DNA of 64,000 nucleotides from Trichormus sp. ATA11-4-KO1 (GCA_019358915.1 JAHHIM010000005.1:32001-96000), one strand, 5' to 3'. Shown: positions 1-10,650, counted from the stretch's first letter. The notes: a model not told the origin generated them from the letters alone. A program made the numbers and translations.

Positions 1-932
1 TCTGTTTTTGTCACATCACTAAAAGCTGGTGTAGCGCTTTCAGATGCCAAGCGAATTTGTTTAGCTGGATTATTCGCATACATGGCATTGTTAGCTGCAA
101 CTAACCAACGAGCGTATTCTCGGCGGGTGATGGTTTTACCAGGTTCAAATTGATTAGTTGTAGCATCATAAGAACTGCTTTTAGCTGCCTGAGACTCCAA
201 AGACAAAACACCTAAAGCCGCTAAATCTTGGATGTGTTGTCGCAATTCTTGTGGTGCTTTGTCGAGATCGTTGAATGTCTGAGATGTCTGGCTACTAGAT
301 GTGTCGCCTGGCTGTGTTGCCAAGTTGTCAGGTAGCACCGGTCCTAGAAAATTGGGATTATCTGGTTGAGGACTGATAGTTTGGGTAGATTGTGCTGCTG
401 TCGTATTGGGTACGTACTCAATGAGTAATGTGGTGGCTGTTTGTGGTTGATTGGGCTGGGGATTAGTCACTGATTGAGCTTGAATAGAAACCCTCACCTG
501 CAAATCTTGACGACGTGCCTCAAAGGTTTCTCCTGATTCATCGGTTGGCTGTTGTAAAATTTGCCAATCGCTTTTTTGAAATTGGTCACGATAAAAGCTA
601 GCAATAAAATTGCTGGGGTCATCACTCAGCCAGCGAGTTACTACTCTGTTTTCTAAGTCACTAGCAGGTGTTACTTTTTCTAATTTGGCATTGGGATATA
701 AGGGGATCTCTTGCGGAAAATCAGCAGGCAATTGCTCTGTGGGTTGGTTTTGCCCTGGTTGTAGTTGACTCTCTCTAGATTTACCAAAGTTGACTGGATT
801 ATCTTGTAATCTGGGATCTGCCGCCAAAGACTGCTCAAGGGTCTTGGCGGTTGGACTGTTACCACAGGCTGTTAATGCAGTGAGTACAACAGCCAAACTC
901 AGAAGGACAGCAGGACGTTTACAGAAAAGCAC
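1..932 (-). CDS. S-layer homology (SLH) domain lipoprotein, truncated at the left window edge
   Basis: Manual translation from GTG 932 gives VLFCKRPAVLLSLAVVLTALTAC (lipobox), then FNDLDKAPQELRQHIQDLAALGVL..FEPGKTITRREYARWL (SLH repeat). The frame is open to position 1. Confidence 0.85.
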   Translation of the reverse strand, partial: MLFCKRPAVLLSLAVVLTALTACGNSPTAKTLEQSLAADPRLQDNPVNFGKSRESQLQPGQNQPTEQLPADFPQEIPLYPNAKLEKVTPASDLENRVVTRWLSDDPSNFIASFYRDQFQKSDWQILQQPTDESGETFEARRQDLQVRVSIQAQSVTNPQPNQPQTATTLLIEYVPNTTAAQSTQTISPQPDNPNFLGPVLPDNLATQPGDTSSSQTSQTFNDLDKAPQELRQHIQDLAALGVLSLESQAAKSSSYDATTNQFEPGKTITRREYARWLVAANNAMYANNPAKQIRLASESATPAFSDVTKT

Positions 933-1009
933 AGGAAATTACTAATCGCATGTCAATTCCTACCCTAACGCAGACTATTACAATTTTATTTAAGATATGG
1001 ATTTATTGG

Positions 1010-1047
1010 GTGAACTACCCACACTGTACTTGGTACTCCAAGTCAGT
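1010..1047 (+). mobile_element. IS200/IS605-type terminal hairpin remnant
   Basis: GTGAACTACCCACACTG followed by an imperfect hairpin ACTGTACTTGG-TACT-CCAAGTCAGT, resembling cyanobacterial IS200/IS605 ends. Confidence 0.45.
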
Positions 1048-1048
1048 A

Positions 1049-1240
1049 TTCGAGAGCAAGCGAGGTTGTTGATGGCAAAATCGCTGGTAATCTTCTTTTA
1101 ATGACTGCTGTAGTGCCAGTTTTTCTTCCCATTCGGTGGCTAGTTGACGTGCTACAAGTCGATTTTCTGGTTCAACCAATCGATAGTGCCGTCCAGCTCG
1201 CTCGGCTTCAAAAGCGGCTCTTTCCAATCGCTGTTGCCAC
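1049..1240 (-). pseudogene. Internal fragment of a large serine recombinase family gene
   Basis: WQQRLERAAFEAERAGRHYRLVEPENRLVARQLATEWEEKL matches the coiled-coil motif of this family; no catalytic N-terminus is present. Confidence 0.65.
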
Positions 1241-1465
1241 AGTCAGTAGACCGAAAAGTTCTGCGATCGCTAAAAAATAGTAGTCTGTGATACCGTTTTT
1301 GGAGAAAAGTGTAAAAGCTGATTGCTTTGGACAAAATATAAGTTTAGTTTATTAATAAAGGGTAACAACGCGATTGAATTTTGAATTTTGAATTGATTCA
1401 TAGGTATTGCTCTGTGCGCGATCGCAAAAGTTTTCGGTCTACTGAATATATCTCAACTAAACGAC

Positions 1466-2683
1466 CTAAGCACTTCTTAAGGCCACAATTGGGTCAAGTT
1501 TAGCAGCGCGACGTGCAGGAACAACACCAAAGAATAAACCAATACCACCAGAAACACCAACGGCTGTCGCAATTGCTACAGGAGAAATTGCTGCTTCTAA
1601 AGGAGTAACTGCTGCTACCAAAAGAATGCCGCTCACACCAACCGCAGTCCCAACTAAGCCGCCGATAACTGAAACAATCACCGCCTCAATCATGAACTGA
1701 AGCAAAATATCTTGTTCTGTTGCGCCAATAGCTTTGCGTAGTCCGATTTCTTGGGTGCGTTCGGTGACGGAAACGAGCATAATATTCATGATGCCTATAC
1801 CGCCGACAAATAATGATATACCCGCGATCGCCGCTAGCATAATGGTTAATGCACCTGTAATTTGACCAACTGTTTGTAAGGCATCTTTTTGCGTGTTGAT
1901 GGTGAAATCATCTTCTCCAGTAATTTTGTGCCGTAAACGTAGTAAATTTGTAATTTGAAACTGGGCTGCATCCACACTCTCGGCATCGTTGGCTGAGGCG
2001 ACAATATAAGTTAACTCCAATCCATAGGGAGAAGTTCGCCCGACAATGCGGTTAGCCATAGTATTCAGTGGGATTAAGGCGGCTTCATCGTAATTGACAC
2101 CTAAGTTTGAGCCTTTACCCTCCAGCACACCAATGACTTGAAAGCTAGCGTTTTTAATCCGCAACTGCTGACCCACAGGGTTACGGTTACCAAAGAGTCT
2201 TTCTGCCAAGTCTGCACCTAGCACTACAAGTTGGTTACTGCGCCGCATGTCTATATCGTTGAAAAACCGTCCTGTGGCAGTTTCAAAGTCACGCACACTT
2301 AAGAAACTAGGAGTTGTACCAATAATATTCACATTAGTGTTTTGGTTTCGGGAGGTTACTACTTGCCGACTATTCAATTCTGCCGTGACTGCTGCTACCG
2401 TTGGTACTTGATTAGCGATCGCCTGAGCATCTTCATATACTAAAGTTTTCGGTAAATCTCGAGAGATGCGCTGTGTGGCGCGATTACCGGGAATCACAAA
2501 TAAAACGTTTGGCCCCAAAGATTCTAGTTGTTGAGAAACATACCTTTGTCCACCTTCACCAATCCCAATCATGGCAATTACTGAAGCATTGCCAATGACA
2601 ATCCCTAACATTGTCAAGGCGCTACGCAACTTATTTGATAGCAGGGTTTTTCCTGCCATTTGCACACTTTCTAGGAAATTCAT
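1466..2683 (-). CDS. ABC transporter permease (MacB/FtsX family)
   Basis: LRSALTMLGIVIG N-terminus; VGGIGIMNIMLVSVTERTQEIGLRKAIGA; PARRAAKLDPIVALR C-terminus. Confidence 0.95.
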   Translation of the reverse strand: MNFLESVQMAGKTLLSNKLRSALTMLGIVIGNASVIAMIGIGEGGQRYVSQQLESLGPNVLFVIPGNRATQRISRDLPKTLVYEDAQAIANQVPTVAAVTAELNSRQVVTSRNQNTNVNIIGTTPSFLSVRDFETATGRFFNDIDMRRSNQLVVLGADLAERLFGNRNPVGQQLRIKNASFQVIGVLEGKGSNLGVNYDEAALIPLNTMANRIVGRTSPYGLELTYIVASANDAESVDAAQFQITNLLRLRHKITGEDDFTINTQKDALQTVGQITGALTIMLAAIAGISLFVGGIGIMNIMLVSVTERTQEIGLRKAIGATEQDILLQFMIEAVIVSVIGGLVGTAVGVSGILLVAAVTPLEAAISPVAIATAVGVSGGIGLFFGVVPARRAAKLDPIVALRSA

Positions 2684-2685
2684 AA

Positions 2686-2718
2686 TAATTCGTAATTCGT
2701 AATTCGTAATTCGTAATT
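2686..2718. repeat. STRR heptamer tandem repeat (TAATTCG)x4
   Basis: Read directly. The same heptamer occurs at about 6598-6612, 29265-29316 and 49066-49097. Confidence 0.9.
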
Positions 2719-4191
2719 TTATTGGTTGTTCTGCTGTCTGGCTCTTTCGATGATGTAGTCTTTTGGTGGGTTGATAAAGACGCGATCACCTTGTTGGAGT
2801 CCTTGTAAAATCTGAGTTTGGTCTTGGATTTGTGCCCCGATAGTGACTTCCCGGAACTGGGGTTGATTTTTTTCATCTGCTACCAATACGCCATTTTTGC
2901 CTCGTTCCGTGACAATTGCTACCGTTGGTAACACCAAAGCATCACTGAGGCGATCGCCTAAGAAAGTCAAATCTACATTTAAGCCAGAACGCAGTTGCTC
3001 TGTACCTGTATCGAGCGCCACTCGCACTTGAAAGGATGTCACGCCTTGTTCCACCACGGCTTCGGGAGCAATCAAACGTACAGTACCTTTAAATACTTGA
3101 TCAGGATAGGCATCAGCGACAATTTCCACCTGTTGTCCCTGTTGGATTCTGCCGATATCAACCTCTGGGACTTGCGCTAGTACTTCTAAACCCTGTGCAA
3201 CTGCAACAATTGAACTGGAAGTTGCTGATGCACTTGTAGACGCGGAAGTTGTAGGTGTAACAAATGCACCGATGTTAGCGTATTTCTGCGTCACAATTCC
3301 GGAGAAGGGCGCACGAATCACAGTGTCTTGTAACCTCACTTCTGCGGCCTGAATTTGCGCTTCAGCTGCTTTCACAGCTGCTTGACGTTGCGCAATTTCT
3401 TCTGGACGGCTGCCATTTTGTAACAGTACTAATGCGGCGCGTGCTTCAGTTACAGCAGCTTCCCTAGCTGTAATTTCCTCGTTGCGGCTACCACTTTCTA
3501 ATAGTGATAGTCGTTTTTGTGCTTCTTCTAAACTAGCTTTTGCCCTTTGGTCTTCACTAATGTATTGTTCTAATTGGTCTTGAGAAGTTGCCCCTTGCTG
3601 CGTTAATTCTCGATAGCGGTTCACCCGTGATTGCGTGAGAGTCACCTGTGCTTGGGCGGAATTCACCTGTGCTTGGGCTTGGGCAATTTCTTGAGCGCGA
3701 TTTCCGGCACGCGCTTGGTCTAATTGTGCCTCTGCTTGGGCTAATTTTGCTCTGGCTTGGGCAATTTCTTGGGGACGACTCCCTGCACGCGCTTGGTCTA
3801 ACTGTGCCTGTGCTTGGGCTAAATTGGCACGGTATTGCAGGATTTGCGCTTGAATGTCACCTACATCCATCCGGGCGAGAACTTGTCCTTGTTCCACGCG
3901 ATCGCCCTGTTCTACATATAACTGTGCCAGTTCTCCGGGGTTTTTCGGACTGACATTCACACTTTGCACTGGCTCCACCTTACCACTGGCAGTAATTCGC
4001 AAAGTGATATTTTTTGCTTCCACAGGAACAGTTAATTGGGTAATATCTTGTTTGCTTGTTTTTCCATTAATCAGGTTGTAAGTAGCAGTTGTTGTGCCCA
4101 CAACCAAGGAACCTGCTGCTATTAGCCCCATCAGCCAGCGTAGGGGATATTTTACTTTGCCAATAACAGGAACTTCTATTTGCGTAATCAT
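2719..4191 (-). CDS. Efflux periplasmic adaptor subunit (HlyD/MacA-like)
   Basis: N-terminal TM segment, lipoyl half-motifs (LYVEQGDRVEQGQVLA; IRAPFSGIV), long coiled coil, co-oriented with the permease. Confidence 0.93.
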   Translation of the reverse strand: MITQIEVPVIGKVKYPLRWLMGLIAAGSLVVGTTTATYNLINGKTSKQDITQLTVPVEAKNITLRITASGKVEPVQSVNVSPKNPGELAQLYVEQGDRVEQGQVLARMDVGDIQAQILQYRANLAQAQAQLDQARAGSRPQEIAQARAKLAQAEAQLDQARAGNRAQEIAQAQAQVNSAQAQVTLTQSRVNRYRELTQQGATSQDQLEQYISEDQRAKASLEEAQKRLSLLESGSRNEEITAREAAVTEARAALVLLQNGSRPEEIAQRQAAVKAAEAQIQAAEVRLQDTVIRAPFSGIVTQKYANIGAFVTPTTSASTSASATSSSIVAVAQGLEVLAQVPEVDIGRIQQGQQVEIVADAYPDQVFKGTVRLIAPEAVVEQGVTSFQVRVALDTGTEQLRSGLNVDLTFLGDRLSDALVLPTVAIVTERGKNGVLVADEKNQPQFREVTIGAQIQDQTQILQGLQQGDRVFINPPKDYIIERARQQNNQ

Positions 4192-4396
4192 AAATATACA
4201 AATATTGCTTTGTTTGATTAGCCTTTAGTGGGATGGCAACTTGAGGAATGTGAAAAACTTCTGGATTAAATAAATATTTATCAATAAAATCAACATCTAA
4301 ATGAACCAGTAATTGCAAAATCTGCTTACATACTAGCCTTTAGTATTTCTATATGCCTTCACCTGATTGGGTGACTATACTTATGTAACACAAATA

Positions 4397-4571
4397 CTCG
4401 ACTTTATCCATTTTTTTCGCAACGCGATTGCCCAAGCTGAAACCTATGTGGGACGGTAGTTTTATTCTTTGAACTTCATCGATACTCTGTGACGTAGAAA
4501 AAGTATTTGCCAAAAAGACAGGATTTTTGCCAGATAAAGAAATCGAGTTCTTAATTTTGGATAAAGTCGAG
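4397..4571. mobile_element. MITE-like element with 14-bp terminal inverted repeats
   Basis: CTCGACTTTATCCA (4397-4410) and TGGATAAAGTCGAG (4558-4571) are perfect reverse complements; the interior is non-coding. Confidence 0.7.
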
Positions 4572-4628
4572 CTTAGAACTTACACATTGACAAAATTTAA
4601 TATCAATTTATCCAGCAGTAATCCTTGC

Positions 4629-4676
4629 ATGACCGCAGTCATTAGTAATTCTAAAATTATGTATGACCAAAGTCAT
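4629..4676. promoter_or_regulatory. Paired ATGAC-N4-GTCAT palindromes (site pair 1)
   Basis: ATGACCGCAGTCAT at 4629-4642 and ATGACCAAAGTCAT at 4663-4676. Confidence 0.6.
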
Positions 4677-4912
4677 CAATTTATGAACTAGATTTGCTAA
4701 ATTAAAAACCTGCTAATTTGTGTAGTTTTTTTATAAGCTTAGTTATGTAACTTGGCGATCGCCTGTATTTATTTTCTCAATAAAGTACCCTCCAAAAATA
4801 AAATTGGAGGGGTATATATTAAAGGAAATTATGACACGACCTTCTAAACGTGACAGCGTATAGCAAAAATTGTTGTGGTGAGATGAGCGATATTATACTC
4901 AAGTGGAAACTG

Positions 4913-5308
4913 CTATATTTGGATAATCATGCCATTGGGAAGTCTGATGAGGCCGTTCCTCAGTCTAACTGTGCTTCTCACAGGAACAATTTCCTGACTG
5001 GGAAGAAGAAAATCACCGTTGGGTAATCTCCAGTAACCATGATTACGCAGTCTGACTAATTTCCTCCGAGAGACAATTTGCCCGTTAGGCAGTCTGAGAT
5101 CACCATTAGAAAGTCTAACTACTCTTCCTCTTCTGTTGGGAGTAACAACTTTTCTGCTAGGAGTAACTACTCTCCTGGGGGTAACAACTCTAGCGCGGCT
5201 GGGTATATAATGGTGTCTTGGTCTAGCACTTGCAGGTGTGGACAAGAAAATTGGTGAAACTATCAGAGCCACAGCCAAAAGCATGGCTGAGCGAATTTGT
5301 TTCAACAT
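4913..5308 (-). CDS. Secreted Arg-rich hypothetical protein with RLPNG repeats
   Basis: ATG 5308 gives MLKQIRSAMLLAVALIVSPIFLSTPASA (signal peptide), followed by VVTP repeats and RL(P/S/R)NG repeats. Confidence 0.75.
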   Translation of the reverse strand: MLKQIRSAMLLAVALIVSPIFLSTPASARPRHHYIPSRARVVTPRRVVTPSRKVVTPNRRGRVVRLSNGDLRLPNGQIVSRRKLVRLRNHGYWRLPNGDFLLPSQEIVPVRSTVRLRNGLIRLPNGMIIQI

Positions 5309-5415
5309 AAAATTGACTCCATTATTTGCACAAAATCTCAATTGTGTTTAATTCCCCATCGGGAAATTGGCAATTGACTTGAAGTCATTATCTACTAAAA
5401 AGTGCCACGCTGTAT

Positions 5416-5464
5416 ATGACCAAAGTCACTAAATAACTCAGAAATAGAGTATGACTAAAGTCAT
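5416..5464. promoter_or_regulatory. Paired ATGAC-N4-GTCA(T) palindromes (site pair 2)
   Basis: ATGACCAAAGTCAC at 5416-5429 and ATGACTAAAGTCAT at 5451-5464. Confidence 0.6.
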
Positions 5465-5715
5465 TAATATTCTTATCTTTCTGCAAATATAATCAACGAC
5501 TAATACTTTAAACGTCAACCCTTCTCAACTCCTACACTCTGCGCCTCTGCATGATCCAAATCTTCTCTCCTGTCAATGGTGATGTCAACAGGTAAATTAG
5601 GTTAAGGTGATTGATGCAGCCAGCGCTAACGACTTGAAACTTTACCTTTCGTCTAAAGCAGAGATCGTTTAAGCTAGCTGGAAGATTCTTTGATTTGTGG
5701 CTAAGAGGCGGTAGT

Positions 5716-6585
5716 GTGCCCAAACATGTTAGTTTGATTTCTTTTCTCGTTGTCTGTAGTTTGTGGAGTCTGCCCAGAGCAGCTCAGGCACAGGCATTGA
5801 TCCCCCATACACTGCAATTAGATGCAGCAAAATTGGAGAAGCAAGGGTTGAGCTTAGCACAAGAGGCAGCTCAACTCGGTCAATTTCAGCAGTTTGAGTT
5901 GGCTTTGCCACGTGCTCGACTGGCTAGTCAACTGGCGCCCCAGAATGATAAAGTTTGGTTTCTGTTAGGTGGTTTGCATTTGCAAACTAAGGATTTTGAT
6001 GGGGCTATGGCCGCATTGAAAAAAGCACAATCTCTCAATCCCAAAAATCCTGACATTCTGTTTGCTTTGGGTTCGGTCAATTTCCAACAGCAAAAGTACC
6101 AAGCTGCGGCAGATAATTACAAAGCAGGTTTGAAGTTAAAACCTGATAATGCAGAAGGGTTGTTTGATTTGGGTAACGCTTACTATATGTTAGGTCGATT
6201 GCCAGAGGCGATCGCCCAGTATAATAAATCCTTCTCTCAAGATAAAAAATTCTGGCCGGCGATTAATAACATTGGCTTAATCAACTATGAACAGGGTGAT
6301 GTCGAAGGAGCGATTAAGCAATGGCGCACCTCTGTTAGCATTGACAAGCAAGCCGCAGAGCCTTTATTAGCATTAGCCGTAGCACTGTATACTAAAGGCG
6401 ATCGCCAACAAGGCCTAACAATGGGAGAAGCTGCTATCCGCATCGATCAGCGCTATGCCGATTTGGATTTCCTCAAGGAAAACCTCTGGGGCAAACGCCT
6501 ACTGTCTGATGCCAAAACATTCCTAGAATTGCCACCCATTCAAGCTGCTCTACAGCAACAGGAAAACTCACCAGATCCCAGGTAA
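5716..6585 (+). CDS. Tetratricopeptide repeat protein with signal peptide
   Basis: Multiple TPR units (e.g. NPKNPDILFALG, KPDNAEGLFDLGNAY); likely GTG start at 5716. Confidence 0.9.
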   Translation: MPKHVSLISFLVVCSLWSLPRAAQAQALIPHTLQLDAAKLEKQGLSLAQEAAQLGQFQQFELALPRARLASQLAPQNDKVWFLLGGLHLQTKDFDGAMAALKKAQSLNPKNPDILFALGSVNFQQQKYQAAADNYKAGLKLKPDNAEGLFDLGNAYYMLGRLPEAIAQYNKSFSQDKKFWPAINNIGLINYEQGDVEGAIKQWRTSVSIDKQAAEPLLALAVALYTKGDRQQGLTMGEAAIRIDQRYADLDFLKENLWGKRLLSDAKTFLELPPIQAALQQQENSPDPR

Positions 6586-6923
6586 GGGGATAATTACTAA
6601 TTCGTAATTCGTAGTGTCTCTTTTCCTGCAAAACCCTAAGTGCCAAAGGCGCATACTGGATGGATGAATGCTCTCAGCGCCGCTATGCCGCAGGCGTAGT
6701 TCGTAATTTGTCATTACAGGCGTTGTCCTTGTGATTTAACAAATACGAATTTTAGTGACAACCTACCCAAGAGGCAAAAATTTAAAAATCTTTACTTTTT
6801 GCCTCATCCACTTAAACTACTTGCCGAACACTGTCATTTTATAGTACATATATACTAAACAAAGCAAGAATATTTACCCATAAAATACTTTGGGCGAATC
6901 TTCCTGACAACGGTCGTCAGTAC

Positions 6924-7328
6924 TTAGTGGATATCTGTGGGGAGAAGTGCAATGATTTGTTCAACAAACTGTTGATGATCTACAACAGGCTTAGAGATGT
7001 AGCCATCAGCACCGCTTTGATGAAGGAAGTTTTCGCGATCGCCTTCCATGGCATGTGCCGTTACCAGAATAACAGGTAAGTTTGCCGTTTGTGGGTCAGA
7101 TTTCAACATTTGTGTAATTTTGATGCCATCAACAGACTGACCTTGGTAAACGCTTCTTGACAAAGAGACATCCATCAAAATTAGGTCAGCTTCTCCTGAC
7201 TGGGCAATCTTAATTACTTCTTCCACATTTTCTGTGTGTTTCACATCCAAGCCACCCCGCTTGGTCAAAATTTTGGAAAAAACGCGAGCATTAATCAGAT
7301 CGTCTTCAACAATCAAAACGGTTTTCAT
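6924..7328 (-). CDS. devR: Single-domain response regulator (DivK/DevR-like)
   Basis: MKTVLIVEDD, LILMDVSL, VILVTA, YISKP receiver motifs; 134 aa from ATG 7328. The devR name is from recalled size and similarity and is tentative. Confidence 0.65.
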   Translation of the reverse strand: MKTVLIVEDDLINARVFSKILTKRGGLDVKHTENVEEVIKIAQSGEADLILMDVSLSRSVYQGQSVDGIKITQMLKSDPQTANLPVILVTAHAMEGDRENFLHQSGADGYISKPVVDHQQFVEQIIALLPTDIH

Positions 7329-7555
7329 GAGAATTTTATTTATAGAGGTGAGGGAGATTACAACCTGACCAAAACAGTTGTCTAGTTTCTTTTTAATCAT
7401 CAATTGGCATCCCCGTCATCAAGGATAATACTACTGCTTTTTACCCTTTTGTTATCAAGATTGTGTCAGGAATCTCATTTCATCCGTTATGCTGTGTTTG
7501 CTGCGGTGTTCAATTCAAGCGACCTTTGTGTAATTAAATTTCAGGGAAAAAACTC

Positions 7556-10066
7556 ATGGCAAAACAGTTAAACCTTCTCTCATCGGGACAGGTCATCACA
7601 ACAGCCCTGCACACGGAGATGCAACGGTCTTATCTAGAATATGCCATGAGTGTGATTGTTGGGCGGGCACTACCAGACGTGCGTGATGGCTTAAAGCCAG
7701 TGCATCGGCGGATTTTATATGCCATGCATGAACTAGGCCTGACACCAGATAGACCTTATCGTAAGTGCGCCCGTGTAGTAGGGGATGTGCTAGGTAAATA
7801 CCATCCCCACGGTGACCAAGCAGTTTACGATGCCTTAGTGAGGCTAGTACAGGAATTTTCCAGTCGCTATCCCTTACTGGCAGGACATGGCAACTTTGGT
7901 AGTGTCGATAATGATCCACCAGCAGCGATGCGTTATACCGAAACGCGTCTCGCACCCATCAGCCATGAGGGCATGTTGGCAGAAATTGGCGAGGAAACGG
8001 TGGAATTTGTCGGTAACTTCGATAATTCCCAGCAAGAACCTACGGTATTGCCTGCTCAGTTACCTTTTCTGTTGCTTAATGGCTGTGCTGGTATTGCCGT
8101 AGGGATGGCGACAAATATTCCCCCGCACAACTTGGGAGAATTAGTGGATGGCTTAATTGCCTTAATCGATCAGCCTGATTTGTCAGACGAGAAGTTATGG
8201 GAAATAATTCCCGGACCGGACTTTCCTACTGGTGGAGAAATAGTTGGTAATTTAGGGATTCGCGAAGCATACGCCACTGGTAAAGGTGGAATTTTGCTGC
8301 GAGGAGTCGCCAATATGGAGGAAATTGCACCTACTAGGGGTAGCAAGCGCCGGATGGCAATTATTATTACCGAATTGCCTTATCAAGTGAATAAAGCAGG
8401 CTGGATTGAAAAAGTAGCAGACTTAGTAAATCAAGGTCGCCTGCAAGGAATTTCCGATCTGCGGGACGAGAGCGATCGCGAAGGGATGCGAGTGGTAATT
8501 GAACTTAAACGCGATACTAATCCCCAAGAAGTTCTCCAGCACTTGTATCACCAAACCGCCTTACAAAGCAACTTTGGGGCAATTCTCTTAGCCTTGGTAG
8601 ATGGACAACCCCGCCAGTTAAGCTTGCGCCAGATGTTACAGGAGTTTTTAAAATTCCGGGAGCAAACCCTAAATCGTCGCTACAGCTATGAGTTGGGTAA
8701 GGCGGAAAGTCGGCTGCATATCGTCACAGGTTTGCTCAATGCACTGTCTCAACTAGATCAGGTAATTGAAATTTTACGGCAAGCAGCTGATGGTAGTACG
8801 GCAAAAATGACTCTATGTAGTCGCCTGGATTTGAGCGAAGAACAAGGAGATGCAATTCTCGCCATGCCATTACGCCGCCTCACTAGTTTAGAACAGCGCA
8901 ACTTGCAGCAAGAATTTGAGCAACTCAGCGAGCAAATCGCTTTATTGCAACGATTACTCAGCGATCGCCGCGAATTACTGAAAACACTGAAAAAAGATTT
9001 GCGATCGCTCAAGCGTAAGTATAACAATCCCCGGCGTACCAAGCTCTTACCTAACATTAGTGAGGAGTTACCCAAAAGTAAAGGAGCGGAAAAACTTAAA
9101 AGCAAAGCAGCCGCAGCAGAACTGCAAAATTTACCATCCTCTGAACCCGCAGAAGAAGTAATTTTGGAGTTTACCCAACGTGGATATGTGCGTCGAACTC
9201 AGCCATCAGGGAAAAAGTCGAAAGCTGAAAATGGTCTACACGACCATGACTTCATGATCCAAACCGAGTTGACTGACACACATAAAGAGTTGCTGGTACT
9301 AACTAGTAGTGGCAAAGTCTACCCTGTGAATGTGGGAGATATTCCCCCCACCACTGGACGTTCTCCACGGGGAACACCACTGATTACTATGCTCACTAGT
9401 ACCGCTCAAGGTGCCCAAGAAGCCGTTGTCAGCCGCTTAATACTGCCGGAAAATCTCGAAACTAGGCAGATCGTTCTCCTGACAAAGCAGGGACGAATTA
9501 AGCGCCTGTCTTTGGGAGAATTTACTAACTTGACTCGTCGAGGAATTACGATTTTAAAGCTTAAAGAAGATGATGAGTTGTTATTTACCCAGTTCACTAC
9601 TCCCAAGGAAAATCTAATTTTAGCCAGTTCAGGCGGACGCTTATTGAAGTTCGCCGCAGATGATCAACAACTCCCCGTTATGGGACGGACGGCGATGGGT
9701 TTACAAGCTTTTCGACTGCTGAAACATCAACAAATGGTTGGCTGTGTAACTGTGACTGGAGAAGATAACTTGTTGTTGGTGACTGAAGAAGGATATGCCA
9801 AACGTCTGCCTGCAAGTAATTTAAAACGAGCTAATCGGGGAGATTTAGGGACACAATCGCTGAAATTTGCTAGTAAAACGGATAATTTAGCTGGTATGGT
9901 TAAGGCGATCGCCTCTAGCGAAGTGGCATTGGTGACTAATAAAGAGCGCGTCGTGCGGATACTGATGGACACAGTACCTATCTTGAGTAGAGATAGTAAG
10001 GGTGAAAGTATCCTGCAACTCCACCGCGATGAAAAAATCGTCACTGTCGCCGAAGTGCAATCATAA
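7556..10066 (+). CDS. DNA gyrase/topoisomerase IV subunit A
   Basis: [41 protein letters not shown] active-site Tyr, C-terminal beta-pinwheel repeats. Confidence 0.95.
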   Translation: MAKQLNLLSSGQVITTALHTEMQRSYLEYAMSVIVGRALPDVRDGLKPVHRRILYAMHELGLTPDRPYRKCARVVGDVLGKYHPHGDQAVYDALVRLVQEFSSRYPLLAGHGNFGSVDNDPPAAMRYTETRLAPISHEGMLAEIGEETVEFVGNFDNSQQEPTVLPAQLPFLLLNGCAGIAVGMATNIPPHNLGELVDGLIALIDQPDLSDEKLWEIIPGPDFPTGGEIVGNLGIREAYATGKGGILLRGVANMEEIAPTRGSKRRMAIIITELPYQVNKAGWIEKVADLVNQGRLQGISDLRDESDREGMRVVIELKRDTNPQEVLQHLYHQTALQSNFGAILLALVDGQPRQLSLRQMLQEFLKFREQTLNRRYSYELGKAESRLHIVTGLLNALSQLDQVIEILRQAADGSTAKMTLCSRLDLSEEQGDAILAMPLRRLTSLEQRNLQQEFEQLSEQIALLQRLLSDRRELLKTLKKDLRSLKRKYNNPRRTKLLPNISEELPKSKGAEKLKSKAAAAELQNLPSSEPAEEVILEFTQRGYVRRTQPSGKKSKAENGLHDHDFMIQTELTDTHKELLVLTSSGKVYPVNVGDIPPTTGRSPRGTPLITMLTSTAQGAQEAVVSRLILPENLETRQIVLLTKQGRIKRLSLGEFTNLTRRGITILKLKEDDELLFTQFTTPKENLILASSGGRLLKFAADDQQLPVMGRTAMGLQAFRLLKHQQMVGCVTVTGEDNLLLVTEEGYAKRLPASNLKRANRGDLGTQSLKFASKTDNLAGMVKAIASSEVALVTNKERVVRILMDTVPILSRDSKGESILQLHRDEKIVTVAEVQS

Positions 10067-10093
10067 TTGGCACAAACAAAATTAGAACTTATG

Positions 10094-10130
10094 GGAACCT
10101 CACACGACTAGAAGCCGTGTGAGGTTTTTT
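10094..10130 (+). terminator. Rho-independent terminator after the topoisomerase gene
   Basis: AACCTCACACG...CGTGTGAGGTT stem followed by a T-run. Confidence 0.75.
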
Positions 10131-10592
10131 GATGAAGTATTACAAAGTGCTGAGTATAAACCCAATTGTTTCATGGTTCCGAGTAATTAACTCTGTCTTA
10201 AATTATAAGGAAGGAGGAAGAAGGACGAATTTAGTAGCTTGGTCGCGATTCGTCAAAGGGAAGACTTCTTACGTATTCCCTCTGACTTCTGACTTTGTTA
10301 AACTATGTGATTACGGCTATAAATGATAAACTTTCCCAAAATTTTATCCAGTGACTAAATTTTCATTGGTGATGGTAAATACCGATTAACTTGCATTTTT
10401 AGTCAAAGCTTTCCAGCCAAATGGTAAGATAATTAATAATTTATCTTAATAGAGAGATTTTTCAGAAAAAACTTCTTTAACCCTCAGTAACTCTATCCGG
10501 GGACAGATGCTTTTTTATAAATGACTAATTTGTGAATAAGTCAATATTTAGCAATAAAAGTATAAATTAACCTGGCATTTCTCAAAAACTTT

Positions 10593-10610
10593 GTTATATT
10601 AGTTTACATA
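10593..10610 (+). promoter_or_regulatory. HLR1 (RpaB-binding) direct repeat overlapping the -10 of the hli gene
   Basis: GTTATATT-AG-TTTACATA fits the (G/T)TTACA(T/A)(T/A)-N2 repeat known from hli promoters. Confidence 0.65.
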
Positions 10611-10650
10611 AAGCAATAATCCTTCGTAAACCTAATTTGGAGTGCCAACC

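Noticed and set aside
4575..4730. Second degenerate MITE (AGAACTTACACA...TGTGTAGTTT) around operator pair 1
   Set aside because: The inverted repeats are short and gapped, so support is insufficient.
7556..10066. Intein in the topoisomerase A subunit
   Set aside because: The sequence after AMRY is contiguous and the length is normal.
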